A DNA stretch of 64,000 nucleotides, taken from positions 1 to 64,000 of the IMG/VR virus record IMGVR_UViG_3300018080_000105, one strand, 5' to 3'. Each line of letters begins with the position of its first letter. Position 1 is the first letter of the stretch. The notes beneath the pieces were generated by a model. That model had not been told where the DNA came from, did not search any database, and worked only from the letters and a program-made list of their open reading frames with translations. Position numbers and translations under genes: made by a program. Shown in pieces: positions 47,401 through 54,618 of the stretch. The DNA comes from a virus.

Positions 47401-48914
47401 AGAGGACTGAACGTGTCCTCCATATCGGGCACCTCGAAGTCAACCTGTGACTTGTTGACGGTGCGGACCTTGCCGCGAACCAGCGCTCGCACAAAGTCCT
47501 GATCCTTATTCATCTCATTCGGGAACGCTACCACAGAGTCCGCAAAGTCTCGCGGCGATTTGTACACGGTCTGACCGTCCAGTGTCTTCACTGGCGTGTA
47601 CAGTTGTCCGTCTTCCCCTTTGACCGCTCCACGGGCTAATCGCACATCCACGCCAACCTTGCCGCTCTCCGGGGTCCGGAGGAAGTCGATGAAGCCGAAC
47701 TGAGATGGCTGAACCGCGCGGCTCTCGTCCGGGATAGCGTCCAGCGACGTGATACCGCCCTCGCCCATCCGCGTTACACGAGACTGCTGGTCGTACACCT
47801 CGGCCGGGTTGATCTCTTCCAGCGGAGATGCCAGCCCGGAACTCATGAGCGTCGACATCACCGTGTCCTGGTAGGGACTGGTCGCCAAGTTGTCGAGATT
47901 CTTCCGCGGCGTTGCCTTCCACAGCATCTGCCGGGCCACGTTCTTAGCTCGCGACAACCGATCAGCAAACAGGTCTTCGGGACCGTACAGCTTCTGATAA
48001 GCCAACGCGTCACGGTCATCCTCTTCGTCTTCGTCTTTCGCCACACGGATCAGTTTACGGGTGACTTCCAACAGCGTGTCCGCATTGACGTTCTTTACCC
48101 CACGGCCCAGTGTTCGCTGCGTCACCTCCGGATCCAGTTCCATCTCTTCAAACGACTTCACAACAGCAGCCACCTGCCCGAGATCGTCGGCAGTGCCGTT
48201 GCGGTGCAACTTTTTGTACAGCTTACCGATCGCACCTTTGTCGAGCTTCTTCATATTCTCGGCGGTCAGCTCGTTACCCCAGGCCTCTCGCAGCTGCCGG
48301 TCTTCGACACCCATAGCCTTCAATAACGGCATCAGCGGAATACGAGCCTGTCCCATCTGAATGCGGAACACACCGGTCGCGGGGTCGAGGTACAGACGAT
48401 GGCCGTACCCTTTGGAGACATTGACGTGGCTCTCGATCTCGCCGTTGCTCTTCCGGCGAGTGAAGATGCCAGGCCGCAGCCGGGCCTGGTGAGCCATTGT
48501 GTACTCGTTACCGTTCAAAATGAACGTGCCGCGCTGGGTCATGTACGGGACCTTCGCCAGCTGCATGCTACGGCGGGAGACCTCGTTGCCTTCCAGATCT
48601 CGCAGCACGGCATCACCAGTCAGCTTCCTCGCGAGAGTCCCGCGGGCCAGCAAGGCCTTCTTCTGCGCAGCAATGTCGTAGCTGTCCGGCCCGGCCCATC
48701 GCGGGTTTTCGATCGCCAACTGATACTGAGAGTTGCTGACTGGCTCAAACGACTTCGCTGCGGCCAACACGTTGTCAAAAATCATTTGACGCGTACGGGC
48801 GGCGTCTCCGAACCGCCGAAAGTTCCCCGGCCCAACCGCCGGAGCGGGAGCCACTGGAGTTGTCGGCGTCGGTGCGGGTTCTTGATCGTCCAGAATACTG
48901 GGATCAGGCCGCAT
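44487..48914 (-). CDS. rpoB: Two-barrel RNA polymerase: full beta fused to beta' N-terminal half including the catalytic DFDGD
   Basis: Beta motifs YMTQRGTFILNG, RTPESGKVG, NFEDA, GDKLSGRYGDKG, LLNPLGVISRTN, KLHH...GAKRVGMLE; beta' motifs GGLFD, PVLPPAFRP, GRSVI, NRAPTLHR, GADFDGDAM, PSQEYIGGLY. Confidence 0.96.
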   Translation of the reverse strand: MRPDPSILDDQEPAPTPTTPVAPAPAVGPGNFRRFGDAARTRQMIFDNVLAAAKSFEPVSNSQYQLAIENPRWAGPDSYDIAAQKKALLARGTLARKLTGDAVLRDLEGNEVSRRSMQLAKVPYMTQRGTFILNGNEYTMAHQARLRPGIFTRRKSNGEIESHVNVSKGYGHRLYLDPATGVFRIQMGQARIPLMPLLKAMGVEDRQLREAWGNELTAENMKKLDKGAIGKLYKKLHRNGTADDLGQVAAVVKSFEEMELDPEVTQRTLGRGVKNVNADTLLEVTRKLIRVAKDEDEEDDRDALAYQKLYGPEDLFADRLSRAKNVARQMLWKATPRKNLDNLATSPYQDTVMSTLMSSGLASPLEEINPAEVYDQQSRVTRMGEGGITSLDAIPDESRAVQPSQFGFIDFLRTPESGKVGVDVRLARGAVKGEDGQLYTPVKTLDGQTVYKSPRDFADSVVAFPNEMNKDQDFVRALVRGKVRTVNKSQVDFEVPDMEDTFSPLGNMIPMKSMVKGQRAVMAARMLTQAMPLDGAEAPLVQSGMPGVEGRSFEQEYADKMGALHADQPGVVEAVSPDGIKVRYADGKKAELPLYNNFPFNRKTSLHQTATVQPGDQFEAGQLLARSNFTDEQGTTALGMNARVAYVPWGGLNFEDANVISASFAKRMSSQHTYQNSHDWEKSDHRGRKSFQSIFPSKYGRDILERFDDEGVVKPGTKVSEGDPLILVAREKERNKKSLLKGGKPSFQDVSLKWDHDYDGEVIDVVQTPKGASVVVKASIPMKVGDKLSGRYGDKGIISHVIPDDQMPTDQDGKAYDLLLNPLGVISRTNPAQIVEAALGKIAAKRGEPFKVPDFQDEEDMIEFALRELQKAGLEDTETIIDPTNDRKVNDIFTGNRWVMKLHHTADSKAQGRGIGSYTAERTPAKGGKTGAKRVGMLETNALLSHGATSVVRDGSIIRGQANPDYWAQYMSGFKPPTPEVPHVYRKFVNSLKASGINVVRNGDKVHIMALTDKDVDELAGERELKNVETVDWKTMEPSKGGLFDQSLTGGHQTADGGGNRWAAIKLAEPMPNPVMEEPIRRLLGLTKNKFNDILAGREKLNGRVGPGAVAAALNGLELDKEIARARAEIASGKKTHRDKAVRRLGYLKSAKRLNIHPRDWVLKRAPVLPPAFRPVSTMGAKKLPLVADPNYLYKELWDANNNLKQLSEQLDEEDIGDERLATYEAFKAVTGLGDPTHPKNQERKVKGILKHIFGSSPKTGTVQRRLLGSSTDMVGRSVIAPDPDLDMDQVGIPEETAWEIYRPTMIRRMVRRGMSRVDAARAVEDKTPTARKAMMDEMESGVVVINRAPTLHRYGVMAARPRLVKGTVLKISPLVVGGFGADFDGDAMQYHVPLDDDAKEEALQKMLPSRNLFSAASFGVHFLPSQEYIGGLYEASAQQDKKNAPATFATVQDAVKAYKQGKIGVGRRVKIMEK

Positions 48915-49851
48915 TGACGGTGTCTTCCTCAGTTGTTGCCATCAGCGATACAGGTGCCCGAGACGCCTGCTGCTGTCGGCGGAGCTTCAGTGCTTTGTCC
49001 AACACAGCTTTGTCGGTACTGTCACGACCCCAGTTGTACCCTGCTTTACCGCCAGCCAGCAGTGCCAGCAGCTCCCCGCCGTGAATAGCCCCTCGCGTAG
49101 CGGCCCACCGGTCAGCATTCATACCCGGGGCCTTCGAGATGAGACCATTTTTACGCGTGATCTCGCCCAGCACCGGAATGTTATCAAGCAACGGGAAGAA
49201 TGCCTGCTTCTCCTGCCCATTAGCAACGGCGTCGGCATACTGGTCGGCCAGATCGTTGATGCCCAGGTCGTCACCGGCATTCTTGGCCGCCATTGCTGAC
49301 GCATATTGGTCGCGAATCGCCTGCTGGTATTCACCTTGGGCGGCGTCAACATCTTGTTGATCTGACCAGGCTTTCTCTTTACCGAGCAACCAGTCAATCA
49401 GCTTGTAGCCGCCAAGAGCCCCGGCGCCGCCAACGCCAATAGTCGCCGGTACGCCCCAGTCATTAGCCAATGGATTGGACGTATCACTGACAGGCATCAA
49501 CTTTGAACCGGCATCAAAAGCCTTCTGCCCCAGCTGTTGGGCGCCTCGGCCGATATTCTGAACCGTGTCGCCGAGATCGAACGCCTGTTTGTCCTGCCGC
49601 GGCGGCCCTTGCACGCGCACCGGCTGGGCCTGGTACATCGGCGGCACCACAGTTTCCTGGGTATCGCGAACCATATCCCCGATGCCTTTAAGGCCGCGGT
49701 ACGCCGCACCGCCGGCCGCCCCCACACCAAACGTCAGCAGCAGTTTCCGAAGAGCTTCTCGCTGCAGAGCTTGATTCATCTGTGGCGAGGCTTGCTTCTG
49801 AATGTTACGCAAAAGCGGTTTGCGCTGCGATGGCTTGGATTGTGGTTCCAT
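48904..49851 (-). CDS. Glycine-zipper putative internal protein (~315 aa; start moved to MEPQSK)
   Basis: GGAGGG RBS; QKQAS, DKQAF and EKQAF each followed by Gly-rich amphipathic segments; no Cys. Confidence 0.65.
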   Translation of the reverse strand: MEPQSKPSQRKPLLRNIQKQASPQMNQALQREALRKLLLTFGVGAAGGAAYRGLKGIGDMVRDTQETVVPPMYQAQPVRVQGPPRQDKQAFDLGDTVQNIGRGAQQLGQKAFDAGSKLMPVSDTSNPLANDWGVPATIGVGGAGALGGYKLIDWLLGKEKAWSDQQDVDAAQGEYQQAIRDQYASAMAAKNAGDDLGINDLADQYADAVANGQEKQAFFPLLDNIPVLGEITRKNGLISKAPGMNADRWAATRGAIHGGELLALLAGGKAGYNWGRDSTDKAVLDKALKLRRQQQASRAPVSLMATTEEDTVNAA

Positions 49852-50224
49852 GACTCCCTCCTGGAGTTGTGCCGTTGGGTGATTTGGCGTTTGGTGACTC
49901 ACCGTAGATCTGCACCCATTCGAGGATAACGTGCAGGCCCTGGTGTTCTTCGTTCCAGTTGTCTGTTCTTTTGGACACTGCGTACCAACCATTGACCACT
50001 CGGTCCATGATCGTCGCAAACTCCTTCATGTCATCTTCCTCCCACAGCTTGAACTGCTGGATGTGGAAGTCCATCACATGAGGAAGGTTCTCGAACTCTT
50101 CTCTGCGAAGGTCTGCTTTACCACCACGAACAGGGAATCCGCCAGCGGTGCCTGGCCAGTGAAGGTCGCCACCATGTTGCGGACCCCCGTGTTCGCCGTG
50201 ATACTTCTTTCTGCTAAACGTCAT
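49805..50224 (-). CDS. Hypothetical protein (~139 aa)
   Basis: Clean ORF between the KOW genes and the Gly-zipper gene. Confidence 0.6.
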   Translation of the reverse strand: MTFSRKKYHGEHGGPQHGGDLHWPGTAGGFPVRGGKADLRREEFENLPHVMDFHIQQFKLWEEDDMKEFATIMDRVVNGWYAVSKRTDNWNEEHQGLHVILEWVQIYGESPNAKSPNGTTPGGSHGTTIQAIAAQTAFA

Positions 50225-50232
50225 GCTGCTGA

Positions 50233-50442
50233 TCAACCTGAACAGTTACTGTAGCTGATCGGATCCGTTGATGTGATCACACGCATTTGAGCGGTGAGCA
50301 ACGATACACGCGAGTTGCAACCGTGACCGGAGAGACGCACTTCATGCGAATCGCCGGAGACGGCCTTCACAACCCCACGCTTGTTGCGGTACTCAGAGTT
50401 CTGGTCAGTGACCAGGACTTTGTCATCCACACTGTGGGCCAT
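50233..50442 (-). CDS. Stand-alone KOW/SH3-like protein, paralogue 2
   Basis: VDDKVLVTDQNSEYRNKRGVVKAV...EVRLSG; GGAGG RBS. Confidence 0.6.
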   Translation of the reverse strand: MAHSVDDKVLVTDQNSEYRNKRGVVKAVSGDSHEVRLSGHGCNSRVSLLTAQMRVITSTDPISYSNCSG

Positions 50443-50492
50443 GATTGCCTCCAGAAAGAAAAGAGATCGTAAGCAGCAAACGCTGCCGTCGA

Positions 50493-50699
50493 TCAGTAAG
50501 TGATGGGTGAAGCGTGACCCGTCGTGTGCAGTTCGCTGTCACTCAGCCCAACGGTTTTCCCGACAGCATAGCCATCAAGACGAACCTGGTTGAGAGAGTT
50601 GGGATCAGCGGCAGCCGCAATTTCAACCGTGCCGAGTTTGCCTCGCCATGGTGATTTTTGACTGGTCACTTTGACACGGTCGTCAGCATTGAACGCCAT
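50493..50699 (-). CDS. Stand-alone KOW/SH3-like protein, paralogue 1
   Basis: FNADDRVKVTSQKSPWRGKLGTVE...QVRLDG...VGLSDSEL; GGAGG RBS. Confidence 0.6.
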   Translation of the reverse strand: MAFNADDRVKVTSQKSPWRGKLGTVEIAAAADPNSLNQVRLDGYAVGKTVGLSDSELHTTGHASPITY

Positions 50700-50709
50700 G
50701 GTAGGCCTC

Positions 50710-51120
50710 CTATGACATGAGTTGAGGTTCAGCAGGCACGGGAGCCTGCCGGTAACTGCGCTGCTTGGCTCGCTGCCGAATGCGATCTGCGTGCATTCGA
50801 TACAACGCCGCCAGTTCCTGCTGTTTGATTTCTTCGGGGTCGCGGGCCTCGCCCATGGCTTTGCCTAATTGCCGGCCACCATACAACCCCAGTGCCCCGG
50901 CCCCGGCCATGCTGGCACCAACCCCGTACACGGGATACTTAACCAGCCAACTCGCCAAGTTGGTGAGGTGGTCTGTAAAGCCTTCAGCTTCTTTGATCAG
51001 CCGAGGTAGTTCCTTGGCCAGTTTGACGCGTGTTTGGATCTCGTCCCGGTCGCAGCCTTCCTCAGCGCAACGCAGCAGGAAGCCCATCCGAAAACGCTCC
51101 TGTTGTGTCAGTCCATCCAT
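50710..51120 (-). CDS. Small glycine-zipper protein with K-x-A motifs (136 aa)
   Basis: VKLAK, IKEAE; YGVGASMAGAGALGLYGG. Confidence 0.7.
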   Translation of the reverse strand: MDGLTQQERFRMGFLLRCAEEGCDRDEIQTRVKLAKELPRLIKEAEGFTDHLTNLASWLVKYPVYGVGASMAGAGALGLYGGRQLGKAMGEARDPEEIKQQELAALYRMHADRIRQRAKQRSYRQAPVPAEPQLMS

Positions 51121-51135
51121 GGTCTGGTCCTCGCG

Positions 51136-51768
51136 TTATGTGATCAGTCCGCTACGGTTCTTGCGGACAGGTTTCTTGTGGAGCTTCACGCCTTGCGTCA
51201 CGTTCTGCTGTGGCACGCTGCTACCGATAACGCCGGCACCCGCGCCGAGAGTTGGCAATTGAGGGTAACCAGCCGCATCGCAACCCGCACTCAGCGAGAC
51301 CGAAGAATTTCTCTGGTGACGTTGCCAATACGCCTGCACTTTCGGGTCGCTCGGATCACCCATCTCGCGAGCCTCGCGAATGCACTCCATGCAGTTCTCA
51401 GCACCCTGGATGCGTTTGTCCATCTGTGCACGCTGAAACTTGTCGAGCTGAGCACGGGTCTTGCCGCGGTATGGCTGATTGACCGCTGTAATGCGTTCCT
51501 TCAGCTCTTTGGGCGTGACGATGTTAGCTTGACCTTCGTCCTTGCCAGGACGTTCGTCAATAATGCAAATCAGGCCCTCGCACGCGAACACGGATAAATC
51601 CATGAACTTACGAACGGGACCAGTACGGGCATCAACAGACCAGGCAGGTTTTTTCATTGGGGCTCTCGGCTTCTCGGGAGGCGGCGAGGATAACAAATCC
51701 CAGAACGCACTACCAGAGAATAGCAACTCAGGAACCGCCTGAGTAGGTCTCTGCATAGCCGGCGGCAA
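51136..51768 (-). CDS. Hypothetical protein (start uncertain)
   Basis: CxxxxC and CxxC present; fills the operon. Confidence 0.55.
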   Translation of the reverse strand: MPPAMQRPTQAVPELLFSGSAFWDLLSSPPPEKPRAPMKKPAWSVDARTGPVRKFMDLSVFACEGLICIIDERPGKDEGQANIVTPKELKERITAVNQPYRGKTRAQLDKFQRAQMDKRIQGAENCMECIREAREMGDPSDPKVQAYWQRHQRNSSVSLSAGCDAAGYPQLPTLGAGAGVIGSSVPQQNVTQGVKLHKKPVRKNRSGLIT

Positions 51769-52195
51769 TCATCATCTGATTGATATTTACCTTCCGGCCC
51801 CGATTGTCCGCTCCGTAGAGCGTCACCAACCACCGGCCGAACTTCCCTTTTTCCGACGCTGGCAGATCATCAAACCACTTATTGTGGCCTTTCTCCGTGC
51901 GGATTTTGAACTTCAGTCCCAGCTGTCGTGTTTCAGAATCGTGCCGATTGAGGGCGTACCGCGTCAACAGCTTCTGCAGGTGATTTCTGGCTCGCTCACC
52001 CGCTTTCCGCGTCACGAGAGGCCAGATCTCCGGGGAGTCGATATCCAAAAGGCGGCCTGTTTGAAAGGCCGCCCAGTGGTTGTAACCGAGATCCGCGTGG
52101 TAGTAGACCGTGTCACCGTCGTAGACGTCGAAGATGTAACAGTCAGATTCGTACCGCGGTTTCAGTGACTCAGCAATGTCTTCCGGAAAAGCCAC
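51728..52195 (-). CDS. Thermonuclease (SNase) family protein (~155 aa; GTG start)
   Basis: VYDGDT, RLLDIDSPE, GKFGRWL, INQMMIAAGYA. Confidence 0.85.
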   Translation of the reverse strand: MAFPEDIAESLKPRYESDCYIFDVYDGDTVYYHADLGYNHWAAFQTGRLLDIDSPEIWPLVTRKAGERARNHLQKLLTRYALNRHDSETRQLGLKFKIRTEKGHNKWFDDLPASEKGKFGRWLVTLYGADNRGRKVNINQMMIAAGYAETYSGGS

Positions 52196-52196
52196 T

Positions 52197-52535
52197 CTAC
52201 CACTCTTGGTAATAGACACGCCTACCGCCGCCGAGCAAGCCAAACAGGCCGGTCGGCTGATAATTCCACACGTACCCACGTGGACGGCGAAGCGGTACTC
52301 TGACCGGTACTTTTGGGTAAAAGTATTCCGGGCCGAGGACACAGTGCGAAGAACCTGCATTACCGGTGTTACACGGACAATCATCTCCACATTTGCAACC
52401 TGGCCCGCAAGGACAGACGTCCCCGCAGCGGCAGCCTTTGGCATCAGCTGTTTCATAAAAACCAGCGAAAGTAGCTGGCGAAGCACACAACAGCAACATG
52501 ATTGACGCAACAATAACCTTCATGATTTCCTCCAT
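52197..52535 (-). CDS. Secreted small protein with metallothionein-like CxC cluster
   Basis: Signal peptide MKVIVASIMLLLCASPATFA; GCRCGDVCPCGPGCKCGDDCPC. Confidence 0.7.
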   Translation of the reverse strand: MEEIMKVIVASIMLLLCASPATFAGFYETADAKGCRCGDVCPCGPGCKCGDDCPCNTGNAGSSHCVLGPEYFYPKVPVRVPLRRPRGYVWNYQPTGLFGLLGGGRRVYYQEW

Positions 52536-52540
52536 GATGT

Positions 52541-52906
52541 TCAGGCTGGCGGTGTTTCCGGCAGCCTTCCATTAGCTCTGAGAATGTCCTGGGCTTGCTT
52601 CTCTACGGCGCTTTTGAAGTCGTCGTCGAGAGCGGCAGCCGCAATCATCTCTGATGCCCACCGCGAATGCCATAGCATCTGCTCTTTGTAGTACGGATCG
52701 GCCGCGATTTCCTCCGGAACCGGAACCGTAGGCCCAGGCAGGACGTATCCTTTCGCTACGCGATCTCGATGGTCAGCCAACAATTTGAACAGCTCCTCAT
52801 TGGCTTGGGCCTGGTTGGCTTGCATCTGCTCAATCCCCTTTTGAAGGATTGAGGAGATTGGAGACGGCTGCGGAGGCTGCTGATCTGATCCAACTGGGTC
52901 AGTCAT
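52541..52906 (-). CDS. Hypothetical helical protein (~121 aa; start moved to MTDPVG)
   Basis: Coupled to the upstream gene. Confidence 0.6.
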   Translation of the reverse strand: MTDPVGSDQQPPQPSPISSILQKGIEQMQANQAQANEELFKLLADHRDRVAKGYVLPGPTVPVPEEIAADPYYKEQMLWHSRWASEMIAAAALDDDFKSAVEKQAQDILRANGRLPETPPA

Positions 52907-53579
52907 CTTCGGATTCCGTGAGAGTTTCTGCGATCTGCTGCATGACCTGTTCACGCAACGCAGGGTTTTTCTGGAATGCTTCCAGTGTCTTTTCACCCAG
53001 CGGTGTTCTGGGAGCACTCAGACCTTCCGAACGAAGAAGGCTCAGCGTGTCGGCGTCGGCTGCCACGGGGTCCGCAGGAGCAACCACGGCAGGAGGTTGC
53101 GGGGCTGGTGGTTCGTCGCCATCCGGCCACAGCGACCACAGGGCGGCGACGGCCGCCAACCCTGGCACGCCAGCCAGGCTGCCGATCGTAGCCAGCTTCC
53201 CGAGAGACAGATCAGTCTTCCCGGCAGCAACTTTCTCAACTTGCTGGTTTTGATGCTCCATCGCTACCTGGCGTTCGATCTGCGAGTTGGTCTCTTTCTG
53301 ACGTAGCAAGCCGACCAGGTCCTGCACAGTTGTGTCGACCTGCTCGGTTTCAACTTCATCATCCAGAATGACCCGCTCCCCAGCGCTTGGCAGCCCGTGC
53401 CGGATAGCTGACATCTGCTTAATCATGTGGTCAGCGTCTAATTGCGTCTGCAGAAACGCTCGTCGTTCTTTGGGGGTCATCTGAGACAGCAGGTTAGTTC
53501 GCCGAGTACGTGTTGTAAGCGGTACAACAGCTCCGGAACCGGGAGTTGCTGCGGGGGCCTGATCAGACATAGTGATCAC
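52899..53579 (-). CDS. Membrane-anchored hypothetical protein (226 aa)
   Basis: One TM segment LATIGSLAGVPGLAAVAALWSLW followed by a Pro-rich linker. Confidence 0.65.
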   Translation of the reverse strand: MITMSDQAPAATPGSGAVVPLTTRTRRTNLLSQMTPKERRAFLQTQLDADHMIKQMSAIRHGLPSAGERVILDDEVETEQVDTTVQDLVGLLRQKETNSQIERQVAMEHQNQQVEKVAAGKTDLSLGKLATIGSLAGVPGLAAVAALWSLWPDGDEPPAPQPPAVVAPADPVAADADTLSLLRSEGLSAPRTPLGEKTLEAFQKNPALREQVMQQIAETLTESEDD

Positions 53580-53866
53580 TCCTGCGTGAGTGGGCTTTCC
53601 GGCTCCTCGCCCGCTGACTCCCCCTCGGTGGTTACTCCGGGGGCAGCTTCCGTGACGTCTACCGGTGCGTTCGGGTCTGCATCAGTGAGTCTCGCGCCAA
53701 TGCGAGCCTGCTGCAGCAACATGATGTTCGTGGCGTTCGCTCCCTCGTTCGCCCGTGCAATCTCGTCCAGGTCTTCTCGCCGCTCCTTGCGTGCATCCCG
53801 AATAAATGCGAGCATTTCGTTTGGACTCATGATCGACTTTCTACTTTGCAGGTTACGTAACGGCAT
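53576..53866 (-). CDS. Hypothetical acidic protein (96 aa)
   Basis: Overlapping coupling on both sides. Confidence 0.6.
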   Translation of the reverse strand: MPLRNLQSRKSIMSPNEMLAFIRDARKERREDLDEIARANEGANATNIMLLQQARIGARLTDADPNAPVDVTEAAPGVTTEGESAGEEPESPLTQE

Positions 53867-54161
53867 TCAGTCCGGCGAAGCTCACCATATCCTGCGACTT
53901 CTTCAAGGTGTCAGCAACCGCCGCATCGAGCGGCGACAATTCCGTCACTGACTTCAAAAGGCTCATACTACCTTGCTGCACGCCCAATGTCAGCATGGCG
54001 GCGTTGGCCGCTACATCATTTCGAGCAGCCATCGCGTTGACTTCAAAGTTGTGACGCCCCATTGACAGAATCTGTGTCGTGATCTGGTCTGCCACTGCCG
54101 GGTCGAAATCCGGACGATCATCGTTGGCGTAGGCATTTGAGAATCCAGAATCAAAAGGCAT
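53853..54161 (-). CDS. Ala/Gln-rich small protein, paralogue B (possible Reb-like; ~102 aa)
   Basis: AAGGAG RBS; aligns by eye with 54249..54539 along most of its length. Confidence 0.7.
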   Translation of the reverse strand: MPFDSGFSNAYANDDRPDFDPAVADQITTQILSMGRHNFEVNAMAARNDVAANAAMLTLGVQQGSMSLLKSVTELSPLDAAVADTLKKSQDMVSFAGLNAVT

Positions 54162-54183
54162 CGTATTCTCCTTGTGGTGAATC

Positions 54184-54217
54184 AAAAGATGCCGCCCCAC
54201 CCGCAAGCAGGGCGGCA
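54184..54217 (-). terminator. Stem-loop with short U-tract between the two paralogues
   Basis: TGCCGCCC...GGGCGGCA followed on the minus strand by TCTTTT. Confidence 0.45.
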
Positions 54218-54248
54218 CCTATTACGTCGGCAGATCCTGCCGCATCAC

Positions 54249-54539
54249 TTAACCAGTGATGGCGCCGGACTTAGGAATCCCTGCCGCAGTATTCAAGCCA
54301 GCAAAGTGGCTCGGATCCTGTGACGAGCGGACGTTAGCAGCAGCAGCTGCTTCCATCGGGTCCAGTGAAGTCTGCTGCTTCAGACTTGCAGAGTTGATCT
54401 GCTGTACGCCCAGAGTCAGAACGGTACCCGCAGCGGCCGTCATGTTACGGTCCATTGCGCCGTTCAGCTGCTGAGCATTCTGTGCAGAAACCAGCGTCAG
54501 CTGAGTCAGCTGGTCTGCGATGGCTGGGTCCAGTGCCAT
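54249..54539 (-). CDS. Ala/Gln-rich small protein, paralogue A (possible Reb-like; 96 aa)
   Basis: GAGGAGG RBS; LDPAIADQLTQ N-terminus. Confidence 0.75.
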   Translation of the reverse strand: MALDPAIADQLTQLTLVSAQNAQQLNGAMDRNMTAAAGTVLTLGVQQINSASLKQQTSLDPMEAAAAANVRSSQDPSHFAGLNTAAGIPKSGAITG

Positions 54540-54618
54540 AGTTATTCCTCCTCATGAGAAATGACCCATTCCTGTCAGCCCTGCCATCACGCGATGACAG
54601 ATCTCAACTGCCAGGGTG

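Noticed and set aside
41044-48914. Host chromosomal rpoBC locus or chimeric assembly
   Set aside because: No flanking ribosomal protein genes; motifs are diverged and Zn sites lost; the genes overlap phage-type neighbours on both sides.
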